From positions 1,152,001-1,216,000 of the forward strand of contig CAVSZB010000007.1 in the NCBI GenBank assembly GCA_963732385.1: DNA of 64,000 nucleotides. Reading direction: 5' to 3'. The notes beneath the pieces were generated by a model that was given only the letters and a program-made list of their open reading frames with translations, did not search any database and had not been told where the DNA came from. The translations under genes were made by a program, and so were the position numbers. The stretch comes from an uncultured bacterium. GTDB lineage: Bacteria > Krumholzibacteriota > Krumholzibacteriia > LZORAL124-64-63. Below, in pieces: positions 19,675-29,160 of this stretch (its first letter is position 1; every line of letters begins with the position of its first letter).

Positions 19675-21018
19675 TCAGACCGGCGGGGCGGGCGCCCCCG
19701 ACTCGCGGACCTCCCGCGCCGGCAGCGGCTGCGGGAGCGTGAAGGTGAACTCGGCCCACGCGCCGGGCGCGGAGTCGGCGCGCAGGCGGCCGCCGTGCAG
19801 TTGCACGATGCGCCAGCAGGTGTAGAGACCGACGCCGGATCCCTTCTCCTTCAGCAGCTCGGGGGTCTGCAGGCGGGAGAAGCGACGGAACAGCCGGCCG
19901 CGCTCGCTCGCGGGGAAACCGGGACCGTCGTTGCGGACCGCCACGACCAGGGAGCCGTTCTCGCGCGCCGCGGTCACGCGGATCGCGCCGTCGGGGAAGC
20001 CGTACTTGGCGGCGTTGCCGATCAGGTTGGTCATCACGACGCGCGCCAACTCGACATCGCACTCCACCGGTTCCACGGCGGCGGCGGGGGTGAGCTCCAG
20101 CCGCATGCGCCGCGCGTCGATCTGGGGGCGTACCAGGTCGGCGGCCGGTTCGACCACCTCGTGCGTCCAGTCGACGTCGGCGCGGGGGCGCAGCGCCAGG
20201 CCGCCGTCCTCGATGCGCGCCAGGTCGAGGTAGTCGCGCACGAGGCCGAGCAGGTGCTCCCCCTTGCCGATCATGCGCAGCAGCTTGTCGCGCTGCGCGG
20301 GGTCCACTTCGCCCAGGTAGCCGTCGGCCAGCGCGCGGGCGTCCATCACCAGCGAGGCGACCGGGCTCTTCAGCTCGTGAGCCACGAAGCCGAGCATCTC
20401 GGTGTAGGCGTGGTTGGCGCGCTCGAGCTGCTCGATCCGCCACGCCTTCTCCACGGCCTGCGCGAAACGCTCCGCCATCGCCAGGTGCAGGCGCACCTCG
20501 TGCTCGGCGTAGGTGTCGGGCCGGCGGGAGCTGCGGAAGAAGAGCCCGACCGTGCGCCCCTCCACCCGCAGCGGCGCGGTCAGGCTGGCGCGAACCCCTT
20601 CCTTCAGCAAAAGCGGCGTGGAGCGGCTGGCGGGCCGCTCCCGCAGGTAGGCGGCCAGGTCGTTGATCACCCGGACGCGGCTCCCCTCGAGCAGCGCGGC
20701 CAGCGAGCTGCCGGCCATGTCCTCGGCATAGCCCTCCCCGAGCAATAGCGGCGAGTAGGCGGCCCGGACCCAGCGCGACACGACCCGCCGCCCCTCCTCC
20801 TCGACGAAGGCGAGGCCGAGCCGGTCGCACGGGGTGATCTCGAGGGAGGCGTCGAAGACGAAATCCATCACGCCGGCGAGGGTCTCCGCCGCGGCGACCC
20901 GGCGGTTGATCGTCTCGAGCACCTCGCGCTCGCGACCGGAGAACTCCGCCGGAAGGACCGGCGCGCCGGCATCGACGTACTCGAGGACGCCGTAGTGCTG
21001 CGCGAACTCGCCGGTCAC
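19675..21018 (-). CDS. GAF-domain sensor histidine kinase (cytoplasmic)
   Basis: GAF region, H-box FVAHELKSP, N-box NLIGNAAKY, GSGVGLY; GTG overlaps the rex stop (GTGA). Confidence 0.88.
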   Translation of the reverse strand: MTGEFAQHYGVLEYVDAGAPVLPAEFSGREREVLETINRRVAAAETLAGVMDFVFDASLEITPCDRLGLAFVEEEGRRVVSRWVRAAYSPLLLGEGYAEDMAGSSLAALLEGSRVRVINDLAAYLRERPASRSTPLLLKEGVRASLTAPLRVEGRTVGLFFRSSRRPDTYAEHEVRLHLAMAERFAQAVEKAWRIEQLERANHAYTEMLGFVAHELKSPVASLVMDARALADGYLGEVDPAQRDKLLRMIGKGEHLLGLVRDYLDLARIEDGGLALRPRADVDWTHEVVEPAADLVRPQIDARRMRLELTPAAAVEPVECDVELARVVMTNLIGNAAKYGFPDGAIRVTAARENGSLVVAVRNDGPGFPASERGRLFRRFSRLQTPELLKEKGSGVGLYTCWRIVQLHGGRLRADSAPGAWAEFTFTLPQPLPAREVRESGAPAPPV

Positions 21019-21644
21019 AGCGGTTTCGTTTCCCCATCGCGCCGCGCGAAGTAGCCGGCCTTTTCGACGGTGGTGGTGATGTCCATCTCCTGCACGTGCA
21101 CGCCCGGCGGCAGCCTCAGCGCCACCGGCGCGAAGTTGACGAAGCTGGAGACGCCGGCCTCGCGCATCGTATCGACCGCCGCCTGCGCCGCGGCCGCCGG
21201 CACCGTGATGATGCCGACCTGCACGCCCAGCTCGCGGCAGATCCGCGCGAGATCGGACGCGGCGTGGCAGCGACAGCCGTGGATGACGCGTCCCGCCACC
21301 GCGGGGTCGCTGTCGAACGCCGCCACGATCGTCAGGTTGGGTTTGCGTCCCAGGAAGTAGGCCAGAACGGCGCGCCCGAGGTTGCCCACGCCGACCAGCG
21401 CCACGCGAAGCCCCTCCGGGTGGTCGAGCACCTTGCCGACCGCGTCGATGAGCGCGGTCACCTCGTACCCGCGCGCGGGGCTGCCGGTGAATCCGATGCG
21501 CATCAGGTCGCGCCGCACGAGCGCGGCCGTGCCGCCGGCAAGCGCGGCGAGCTGGTGGCTGTACAGGTAGGCCAGCCCCTGCGCCTGCAGATCGAGCAGG
21601 ATACGACGGTAGATACTGAGCCGATGGATCACCTTGGGCGTCAT
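21015..21644 (-). CDS. rex: Redox-sensing transcriptional repressor Rex
   Basis: RLSIYRRIL winged helix, VRRDLM..G..G..ARGY, Rossmann VGVGNLGRAV, NFAP. Confidence 0.95.
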   Translation of the reverse strand: MTPKVIHRLSIYRRILLDLQAQGLAYLYSHQLAALAGGTAALVRRDLMRIGFTGSPARGYEVTALIDAVGKVLDHPEGLRVALVGVGNLGRAVLAYFLGRKPNLTIVAAFDSDPAVAGRVIHGCRCHAASDLARICRELGVQVGIITVPAAAAQAAVDTMREAGVSSFVNFAPVALRLPPGVHVQEMDITTTVEKAGYFARRDGETKPL

Positions 21645-21672
21645 GATATTCCCGTTCTGTGACGTTCAAATG

Positions 21673-21690
21673 CTGTGACAGCCCTCACAG
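21673..21690. promoter_or_regulatory. Rex-like operator upstream of rex
   Basis: CTGTGACAGCCCTCACAG (TGTGA-N6-TCACA), about 30 bp upstream of the rex ATG and just downstream of a candidate minus-strand promoter TTGACT-N17-CAGTTT (21727-21699). Confidence 0.7.
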
Positions 21691-21699
21691 CGCCCCGAA

Positions 21700-22070
21700 A
21701 ACTGCCGGATACCCCGTCCAAAGTCAATAATTTGCCTCTCCGCCGGCATTCCGGCCCCCAGGCGCCCGATTAATGGGCATTTATGGCGCAAAATCGGTTC
21801 CACGAACGCTCGAATGCGGACGATGCGACAGCCCCTTCGCGTCCCGCAGCCTACACCTTTCTGAATACGGTTTCAATACCCAGAATATATATTAAAGGCC
21901 TGAATTCAGCCTTTAATTGCCAATTTCACCGCGATTTGTATTTGCTTGCTTTTTTTCAACAGCTTAACACCTTAGCTCGGGGTCCGGCTTTATCAGGACT
22001 GACGCCCGTGATCCCCGCCCCCGCCCGCCCAATCCCGAGCGCGGCCCGCGGGTGCGCCGCGAGCTGCGAA
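21700..22070. promoter_or_regulatory. AT-rich divergent promoter region between rex and the hydrogenase operon
   Basis: Marked AT enrichment (about 21860-21975) in a non-coding gap between divergent operons. Confidence 0.6.
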
Positions 22071-22081
22071 AGGAGTGCGCC

Positions 22082-22462
22082 ATGGCCAAGATCCTGATCG
22101 TCGATGATGATCCCGATGTTGTCGACGCCTGCCGTCTCTTCCTCGAAAAGAAGGGGTTCAACGTCTCGGCCGCCTACAACCGGGCCGAGGGGATGAGCGC
22201 GATCCAGTCGTTCAAGCCCGACCTGGTCATCCTCGACGTGATGATGGACCAGCCCGACGACGGCATCGCGATGGCGCAGGACTTGCGTCGCCAGGGCTTC
22301 AAGGCCCCCATCCTCATGTTGACGAGCATCAGCAAGGTGACCGGCATGACCTACGGCCGGGACAACGATCTCGTGCCGGTGGACGAGTTCCAGGAGAAGC
22401 CGGTCGACCCGGCCACCCTGGTGGCGAAGGTCGAGCGGCTGCTCGGCAAGAAGGAGGGCTAG
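22082..22462 (+). CDS. Single-domain response regulator (receiver)
   Basis: KILIVDDD, DLVILDVMM, MLTS, EKP; AAGGAG RBS. Confidence 0.92.
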   Translation: MAKILIVDDDPDVVDACRLFLEKKGFNVSAAYNRAEGMSAIQSFKPDLVILDVMMDQPDDGIAMAQDLRRQGFKAPILMLTSISKVTGMTYGRDNDLVPVDEFQEKPVDPATLVAKVERLLGKKEG

Positions 22463-22466
22463 GCCC

Positions 22467-22988
22467 ATGCTGGTGACGGAACGTGAGCGGCTGCGCGACG
22501 AGATCACGGCCCTGGCCGACCGCCTCGGCCGCGAGCGCAGTTCCCTGATTCCCCTCCTGCAGGAAGTGCAGTCGCGCTACCTGCAGATCTCAGAATACGC
22601 GATGCAGGTCGTGGCCGACCTGCTCGACATCCACCCGGTGGAAGTCTACAGCGTGGCGTCGTTCTACAGCTTCCTCGACCACGCGCCCAAGGGCCGGTTC
22701 GTCATCCGGCTCTGCCGCACCATCTCCTGCGACATGGCGGGCAAGGACGCGGTGGCGCGCCAGCTCCGCAACGATCTCGGCGTCGACTTCGGCGAAACCA
22801 CGACCGACGCCAAGTTCTCGCTCGAGTGGGCCAACTGCATCGGCATGTGCGACCAGGGCCCGGCGCTGCTGGTGAACGACCAGGTCTTCGCCAGGGTCAC
22901 GCCGGAGAAGGTGCACGACATCCTCGAGGCGTGCCGCCGCACCTTCGGCGTGTACGCGCAGGAGAGGAAGGAGGGGCACCCGGTATGA
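22467..22988 (+). CDS. hydC: NuoE/HydC-like [2Fe-2S] hydrogenase subunit
   Basis: SVASFYSF, CRTISC, CIGMCDQGP. Confidence 0.88.
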   Translation: MLVTERERLRDEITALADRLGRERSSLIPLLQEVQSRYLQISEYAMQVVADLLDIHPVEVYSVASFYSFLDHAPKGRFVIRLCRTISCDMAGKDAVARQLRNDLGVDFGETTTDAKFSLEWANCIGMCDQGPALLVNDQVFARVTPEKVHDILEACRRTFGVYAQERKEGHPV

Positions 22989-24178
22989 GCAAGCAGCAGC
23001 AACCCGGTCTGCCGACCTTCGCCGCCATGACGCCCGGCGCCGGGCTGAAGGCCGCGATCGGCAAGGGCCGCGCCGACATCATCGGCGAAATCAGCGCCTC
23101 GGGCATCAAGGGGCGCGGCGGCGCCGGCTTCCCGGTCGGCGTGAAGTGGAACCTCTGCGGCGCCGCCCGCGGCGATCACAAGTACGTCGTCTGCAACGCG
23201 GACGAGGGCGAGCCCGGCACCTTCAAGGACCGCCTCATCCTGATGGAGCACCCCGACCTGGTGTTCGAGGGGATGACGATCGGCGGCCTGACCGTCGGCG
23301 CGAAGGAGGGCATCCTCTACCTGCGCGGGGAGTACACCTACCTGCGCCAGCCGCTCGAAGCCGTGCTGGCGAGACGACGCGAAGCGAAGCTGCTCGGAAA
23401 GGACATCCTGGGCAAGGCCGGCTTCGAGTTCGACATCCGCATCCAGATGGGCGCCGGCGCCTACGTCTGCGGCGAGGAGACCGCCCTGATCGAATCGCTC
23501 GAGGGGCACCGCGGCGAGCCGCGCAACCGGCCGCCGTTCCCGGTCGACACCGGCTACCTCGACCGCCCGACCGTCGTGAACAACGTGGAAACCCTGGCCT
23601 GGGTCGCCTGCATCCTCCAGAAGGGGGCGCCCTGGTTCAAGAGCGTCGGCACCGAGAAGTCCACGGGGCTGAAGATCTTCAGCGTGTCGGGCGACTGCGA
23701 ACGTCCCGGCGTCTACGAATTCCCGCTGGGCATCACCGTGGCGAAGCTGCTCGAGGCGGTCGGCGGCCAGGACGCCAAGGCGGTCCAGGTCGGCGGGGCC
23801 TCCGGTCATTGCGTGCCGCGGTCGGAGTTCAATCGCGCCATCGCGTACGAGGACGTGTCCACCGGCGGCGCCATCATCGTGTTCGGTTGTGACCGCGACA
23901 TGCTCGACATCGCCGCGAATTTCCTCGACTTCTTCAGTGAGGAATCGTGTGGCCAGTGCACGCCCTGCCGCGACGGAAATCCCCGCCTGCTCGAGGGCGT
24001 GGAGCTGCTGCGGGAGGGCCGCTGCTCGATGAGCTACCTCAACGAACTGTGCGGCCTGGGCGAGACGATGCAGCTGGCGTCGAAGTGCGGGCTGGGCCAG
24101 TCCAGCCCCAACGCCTTCCTGTCGATCGTGAAGCACTTCAAGGACGAGATCATGGGCCGCGTGCCCGCGGGCCGCTAG
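22985..24178 (+). CDS. hydB: Short NuoF/HydB-like diaphorase subunit (397 aa)
   Basis: [52 protein letters not shown]; no extra N- or C-terminal Fe-S domains. Confidence 0.9.
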   Translation: MSKQQQPGLPTFAAMTPGAGLKAAIGKGRADIIGEISASGIKGRGGAGFPVGVKWNLCGAARGDHKYVVCNADEGEPGTFKDRLILMEHPDLVFEGMTIGGLTVGAKEGILYLRGEYTYLRQPLEAVLARRREAKLLGKDILGKAGFEFDIRIQMGAGAYVCGEETALIESLEGHRGEPRNRPPFPVDTGYLDRPTVVNNVETLAWVACILQKGAPWFKSVGTEKSTGLKIFSVSGDCERPGVYEFPLGITVAKLLEAVGGQDAKAVQVGGASGHCVPRSEFNRAIAYEDVSTGGAIIVFGCDRDMLDIAANFLDFFSEESCGQCTPCRDGNPRLLEGVELLREGRCSMSYLNELCGLGETMQLASKCGLGQSSPNAFLSIVKHFKDEIMGRVPAGR

Positions 24179-24212
24179 GCGCGCCGCCGCGCGCGAGCCA
24201 AGGAGCCGGAAT

Positions 24213-26141
24213 ATGGCCGAGAGCAAGAAGAACGACGATACGTCACGCGCCCCCGTCAGCCAGCGCGGTCACGCGGTCCCTGTCGCGACCGACATGGCCG
24301 CCATCGGGGCGATGGTGGCGGTCAACATCGACGGCCAGGATGTGAAGGTGCCGCTGGGCACGACAATCCTGAATGCCGCCGCGACCCTGGGGATCCGCAT
24401 CCCGACCCTCTGCAACCACCCCGACCTGCACATCGCCGGCGTCTGCCGGGTCTGCGTGGTCGAGGTGGAGAACCAGCGCACCCTGCAGGCCGCCTGCGCC
24501 TACCCGATCACGGCGCCGCTGAAGGTGAAAACCCACACCCGCAAGGTGCGCCAGGCCCGGCGCCATGTCGTCGACCTGATGCTCGCCAACCACTACGGCG
24601 AGTGCTACGCCTGCGCGCGCAACCACAACTGCGAGCTGCAGACGCTCGCGCATGAGTACGGCGTGGACTTCTTCCGCTTCGGGCACCCCGAAGAGCCGTT
24701 CACCGAGATGGACCACTCCAGCCACTCGGTGCTGCGCGACATGAACAAGTGCGTGCTGTGCCGCCGCTGCGTCCGCACCTGCATCGACCTGCAGGAGGTC
24801 GGCGTGCTGGAGGCCGTCGGCCGCGGCGACCAGACGCACATCGCCACGTTCATGGACAAGCCGCTGGCCGACGTGGTCTGCATCAACTGCGGTCAGTGCA
24901 TCAACCGCTGCCCCACCGGCGCCCTGCGCGCCAACGACCCCACCGACGAGGTCTGGGCAGCCATCGACGACCCGAAGAAGCATGTCGTCATCCAGACGGC
25001 GCCGGCGCCCCGCGCGGCGATCGGCGAGTGCTTCGACCTCGAGCCGGGGCAGCCGCTCACCTTCGAGATGAATTCCGCGCTGCGCATGTGCGGCTTCAAC
25101 AAGGTGTTCGACACCAACTTCACCGCCGACCTGACGATCATCGAGGAGGGCACGGAGCTGATCCTGCGCCTCTACAAGGCGCTGGTGCAGAAGGACGCCT
25201 CGGTGGCCCTGCCGCAGTTCACGAGCTGCTCGCCCGGCTGGGTGAAGTATCTCGAGCACTTCTACCCCGAGTACATCCCGAACGTCTCGACGGCGAAGAG
25301 CCCGCAGCAGATGTTCGGCGCCGTCATCAAGACGTACTACGCGAAGCTGAACAACATCGACCCGGCCGACATCGTCACGGTGGCCCTCATGCCGTGCTCG
25401 GCGAAGAAATTCGAGTGCAACCGCCCCGAGATGGCCGACAGCGGCTTCAAGGACGTCGACTACGGCCTGACCACCCGCGAGCTGGCCAAGATGATCAAGG
25501 AGGCCGGCATCGACCTGCCGAACATGCCGAAGTCCGACTTCGACGACCCGTTCGGCACCGCCACCGGCTCGGGCGTCATCTTCGGCGCCACCGGCGGCGT
25601 GATGGAGGCGGCGCTGCGCACGGTGATCGAACTGGTGACCGGTCTCAAGGTCGAGAGCCTGTTCGAGCACGCCGACATCATCCCGGTGCGCGGCTTCGAG
25701 GGGGCCCGCATCATCGAGCTGAAGATCCCCGCGGTCGGCCCGGTGCCGCCGATGTTCAAGCACCTGCTGAAGGACTGGAAGTGGCTCGAGGGGGCGACGC
25801 TGAAGGTCGCCGTGGCCCACGGCACGGCCAACGCCAAGAAGGTGATGGAGGACATCAAGGCGGGCGGCCCGTTCGCGTCCTGCCACTTCATCGAGTTCAT
25901 GGGCTGCCCCGGCGGCTGCATCGGCGGCGGCGGCCAGCCGATCCCGACCAGCCTCGAGATCCGGACGGCCCGCGCCAAGGCGATCTACGCGGAGGACAGC
26001 GCCTACGCCGTCCGCAAGTCGCACGAGAACGAGGCGGTGCTGAAGCTCTACAAGGAGTTCCTCACCGACGGCCCGTGCGGCCACCTCAGCCACAAGCTGC
26101 TGCACACCCACTATACCCCGCGCGGCAAGTACATCGAATGA
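24213..26141 (+). CDS. hydA: [FeFe]-hydrogenase catalytic subunit, group A
   Basis: [2Fe-2S], His-ligated and 2x[4Fe-4S] F-clusters; H-cluster motifs FTSCSPGW, MPCSAKKFE, EFMGCPGGCIGGGGQP; RKSHEN...LLHTHY. Confidence 0.96.
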   Translation: MAESKKNDDTSRAPVSQRGHAVPVATDMAAIGAMVAVNIDGQDVKVPLGTTILNAAATLGIRIPTLCNHPDLHIAGVCRVCVVEVENQRTLQAACAYPITAPLKVKTHTRKVRQARRHVVDLMLANHYGECYACARNHNCELQTLAHEYGVDFFRFGHPEEPFTEMDHSSHSVLRDMNKCVLCRRCVRTCIDLQEVGVLEAVGRGDQTHIATFMDKPLADVVCINCGQCINRCPTGALRANDPTDEVWAAIDDPKKHVVIQTAPAPRAAIGECFDLEPGQPLTFEMNSALRMCGFNKVFDTNFTADLTIIEEGTELILRLYKALVQKDASVALPQFTSCSPGWVKYLEHFYPEYIPNVSTAKSPQQMFGAVIKTYYAKLNNIDPADIVTVALMPCSAKKFECNRPEMADSGFKDVDYGLTTRELAKMIKEAGIDLPNMPKSDFDDPFGTATGSGVIFGATGGVMEAALRTVIELVTGLKVESLFEHADIIPVRGFEGARIIELKIPAVGPVPPMFKHLLKDWKWLEGATLKVAVAHGTANAKKVMEDIKAGGPFASCHFIEFMGCPGGCIGGGGQPIPTSLEIRTARAKAIYAEDSAYAVRKSHENEAVLKLYKEFLTDGPCGHLSHKLLHTHYTPRGKYIE

Positions 26142-26168
26142 TAGCGCCGGCTTGACGCGCGAGGAAGG

Positions 26169-26201
26169 GAGGCCCGGCCGCACGGCCGGGCCTCTTGTTT
26201 T
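26169..26201 (+). terminator. Intrinsic terminator of the hydrogenase operon
   Basis: GAGGCCCGGCCG-ca-CGGCCGGGCCTC followed by TTGTTTT. Confidence 0.8.
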
Positions 26202-26232
26202 CAGGCCCGCCGCAACAGCGCCGCGTCCGCGG

Positions 26233-28803
26233 TTACCGCGCCAGCGTGACCTTCGTCATGGCGAGCCGCCCGGCGCTCGTGAGCCGCGCGAAGTAGACCC
26301 CCGACGCCAGCGCCCGCCCCGCCGCGTCGCAGCCATCCCACTCGACGTCGCGCCCTCCCGCCGGCAGGTCCGCGTCGATCAGCCGCGCCACCTCTCGCCC
26401 CCTCGCGTCATGGATCGTCAGCCGCGCCCGCCCCGGCTGCGGCAGCGCCAACGTGAACACCGTGCGCGGGTTGAACGGGTTGGGCCGGTTCTGCGCCAGC
26501 CGCAGCGCCACCGGCAAAGGCGCGGCGGCCAGGTGCGCGGGGCCATGCCACGCGGACGCGCCGCCGCCGGCGGACAACTCCTCGAGCCAGTAGTCGGCCT
26601 CGCCAGCGGGCGGCAGAGGGTCGGTAAAGGCGAAGGACGTCACGCCGGCGAGCGGCTCCGCGGTCAGACGGACCCGGTCGCGCGCGGATTCCTCCCGCCA
26701 CACGTGGAAATGCGCGGTCGTGGCCCCATCCAGGGTCCAACTCAACAGCACTCCGTCCACCACCCGCGCGCACGAAAGACCCGCGAGGTAGACCGGCACG
26801 AGCCCGCCCTGCCAACAGGCGAAGTTGGAGGCAGGCATGTCGCCGACTTTCGAAAAGCTGCCACCGACGTAGAGTCTGTCGCCGAGGGAGGCGAGCGCGT
26901 ACACGAAGCTCTCCGGGATGCCGTCGCCGACCTCGTGCCAGCCGGTGCCGTCCCAACGCGCGAGATTCGCGGCCGGCACGCCGTCGATGGCCGAGAACAT
27001 GCCGCCCACGACCAGGTCCCCATCAAAGACGGCGAGCGCCCTGACGCCATACTCAATGTACGCGGGCTCCAGGAAACCGAGCGTATTCCAGGCCTGCCCG
27101 TCCCAGACCTTCAGCCCCGCCCTCCCGCCATCCGTCACCCCGAATGACCCACCGGCGACCAGCAGGCCATTCCAGGAAGCGAGAGCTCTGACCATCGAGC
27201 CCGGACCGGCCCCCACGGGCCCCCACGCCCCATCCTCCCATACCGCGAGCGAAGCGACAGACTCGCCATCGACCGCGGAGAAGGTGCCGCCCGCGTAGAG
27301 CCGTCCCTGGTGGACGACGAACGCGTTCACGCTGCCGAGGCCCCAGTCACCCATGCCGGTGAAGCTGTCCCGCACGACCAGCGGTACCGAGGTGCAGCTG
27401 CTCAGTCCGAACAGCAGCGACCCGTCGTATGCGAACATGGCGTTGATGCTGCGCACCGCCGGCCAGGGCGGGCAGTCACTGCACCAGGAGGTGGTATAAC
27501 AGGGGAAGGGATATAAGGCGGCGGTCGCATCGCCGCCAATCACGGCAGGGCCCGCCGGGCGGACCCCGACGGCGTACGTGTACAAGTAGGACGGAAGTAC
27601 TCCGGTGACCAGGGCCGACCAGTCCTGCCCGGTCCATCGCGCACCCCCTGCGCAGGTCACGGCGCCGGCCGAGGAGAATATGCCGGCGGCCAGGATGTCC
27701 AGCTGGTCGACGGCCAGCGCGAAGACGTTCCGCCCCACGCCCTGACCCGCGGGTCCAAGGCGCTCCCACTCACCGTCGCGCCAGACCGCGAGCCCGTGAG
27801 CCACCTCCCCGACGGTCGTGAGGCCGCCCCCGACGGCCAGCGCGCCATCCCAGGCACAGATGTCGGCAATGAGGTCATAATCACCAGACTGGGTGTAGAA
27901 CCTGGTCCAGCTGGAGCCATCCCAGAATTGGACGCTCTGACTCCTGCCGCGGCCAGCTTGCTCCATATAGTCACCGCACAGCAGATAGAGCCGACCGGTA
28001 TCGACCGCCAGCTTCAACCCCCACGGGCAGTTACCGGGAGCTCCCAGCGACCGCCACGCCTCGCCGTCCCAGGCCTTGACCGTCGTCGTCGAGACATCCT
28101 CTTCGAAAGCCACGAACAGACCCGCTGCGATCAACTCGTCGCCGCAGATCTCCAGATCGTACACCGCACCGCCCGGCCCGCCGGCCAGCGCCGACCACGC
28201 TGTGCCGTCCCAGCGGGCGACGTATCGGGCCTCGACGCCGGCCTGCGTGAAGGAACCCCCGGCCACGAGGACACCGTCGAAAACGATCAGAGCATTCACT
28301 GCGTAGTTGAAACCCGCGCCAAGCGGCGCCCAGGAAACGCCGTTCCAGCGCGCGATGCAGTTGGCAACCACGCCTCCGATCTGCGAGAATCCGCCGGCGG
28401 CGAAGAGGGCTCCGTCCCACGACGCGAGCGCCGTCACCGGTCCGTTTGCCGCGCCGATCTGGACCCACTCCACGCCGTTCCACCGCATCACGGCGGATCT
28501 GTAGGCGGCGATCAGGTCGCCCTCGTGCGTGGCGAGGGCGCCGGCCCCACCAGGCAGGCCCTCGCCGAGCGAATGCCAGGCCACGCCGTCCCAGCGCGCG
28601 ATGTTCGTGGCCGGAACGTTCGCGGCCGCGCTGAATGCGCCCGCGGCGATGAGGTCGCCCTGGAAGTCGAGCATGCAGGTGATCCTACCGGTCACCCCCG
28701 GAGCCTCGAAGCCGGGCAACCAGGCGCCACCTGTGGCGAGAACGAGCGTGGGAAGCGTGAGAACCACCAGCAGCACGACCGGACCGGCACGGGAGATTCG
28801 CAT
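26233..28803 (-). CDS. Secreted beta-propeller-repeat protein with C-terminal FlgD-Ig/T9SS-like domain
   Basis: Signal peptide; many repeats of V.AL...DG.L..GG.F......IARWDG..W..LG.G; tail QNRPNPFNPRT...WDGCDAAGRALASGVYFARL. Confidence 0.85.
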   Translation of the reverse strand: MRISRAGPVVLLVVLTLPTLVLATGGAWLPGFEAPGVTGRITCMLDFQGDLIAAGAFSAAANVPATNIARWDGVAWHSLGEGLPGGAGALATHEGDLIAAYRSAVMRWNGVEWVQIGAANGPVTALASWDGALFAAGGFSQIGGVVANCIARWNGVSWAPLGAGFNYAVNALIVFDGVLVAGGSFTQAGVEARYVARWDGTAWSALAGGPGGAVYDLEICGDELIAAGLFVAFEEDVSTTTVKAWDGEAWRSLGAPGNCPWGLKLAVDTGRLYLLCGDYMEQAGRGRSQSVQFWDGSSWTRFYTQSGDYDLIADICAWDGALAVGGGLTTVGEVAHGLAVWRDGEWERLGPAGQGVGRNVFALAVDQLDILAAGIFSSAGAVTCAGGARWTGQDWSALVTGVLPSYLYTYAVGVRPAGPAVIGGDATAALYPFPCYTTSWCSDCPPWPAVRSINAMFAYDGSLLFGLSSCTSVPLVVRDSFTGMGDWGLGSVNAFVVHQGRLYAGGTFSAVDGESVASLAVWEDGAWGPVGAGPGSMVRALASWNGLLVAGGSFGVTDGGRAGLKVWDGQAWNTLGFLEPAYIEYGVRALAVFDGDLVVGGMFSAIDGVPAANLARWDGTGWHEVGDGIPESFVYALASLGDRLYVGGSFSKVGDMPASNFACWQGGLVPVYLAGLSCARVVDGVLLSWTLDGATTAHFHVWREESARDRVRLTAEPLAGVTSFAFTDPLPPAGEADYWLEELSAGGGASAWHGPAHLAAAPLPVALRLAQNRPNPFNPRTVFTLALPQPGRARLTIHDARGREVARLIDADLPAGGRDVEWDGCDAAGRALASGVYFARLTSAGRLAMTKVTLAR

Positions 28804-29122
28804 CGCTACCCTCCCCGGAAAAGCACTCGGAGGCCGCGGGCGAGGCTGGCGAGACTGTAATGTTACGACAGGTTCGGAGTGTCGCGCCAGAGGAGGGACG
28901 GCAGGGCGGGCTTTGCCGCGCCGGAATCGCCCCCGCAACCGACGAGGAGGAGTGCGAGGGCGATCGGGGGGAGTCCGGCGATTCGCACGATCGACATGGC
29001 GTCCGCTTCCCGTTGAGGCCTGGTGGCGGATCGCGGTCTGGAATACGGCAAACACCGAGCCACGAGTCGTTTAGGCCGGAACGAAGACCTCCTTCGTCCA
29101 GCGGAATCGGCGTGGAATTTGA

Positions 29123-29150
29123 TTGACATTCGGATCCATTAATATAGTTT
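29123..29150 (+). promoter_or_regulatory. Candidate sigma70 promoter of the cytochrome-porin operon
   Basis: TTGACA-N16-TAGTTT in an AT-rich patch. Confidence 0.55.
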
Positions 29151-29160
29151 CGATCTTTAT

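Noticed and set aside
19675..21669. 664-aa kinase ORF overlapping rex
   Set aside because: The N-terminal 217 codons are an off-frame read of rex; a GTG at 21018 overlapping the rex stop is the likely start.
21783..22097. 104-aa ORF in the AT-rich gap
   Set aside because: Atypical codon usage, no RBS or motif; better explained as promoter DNA.
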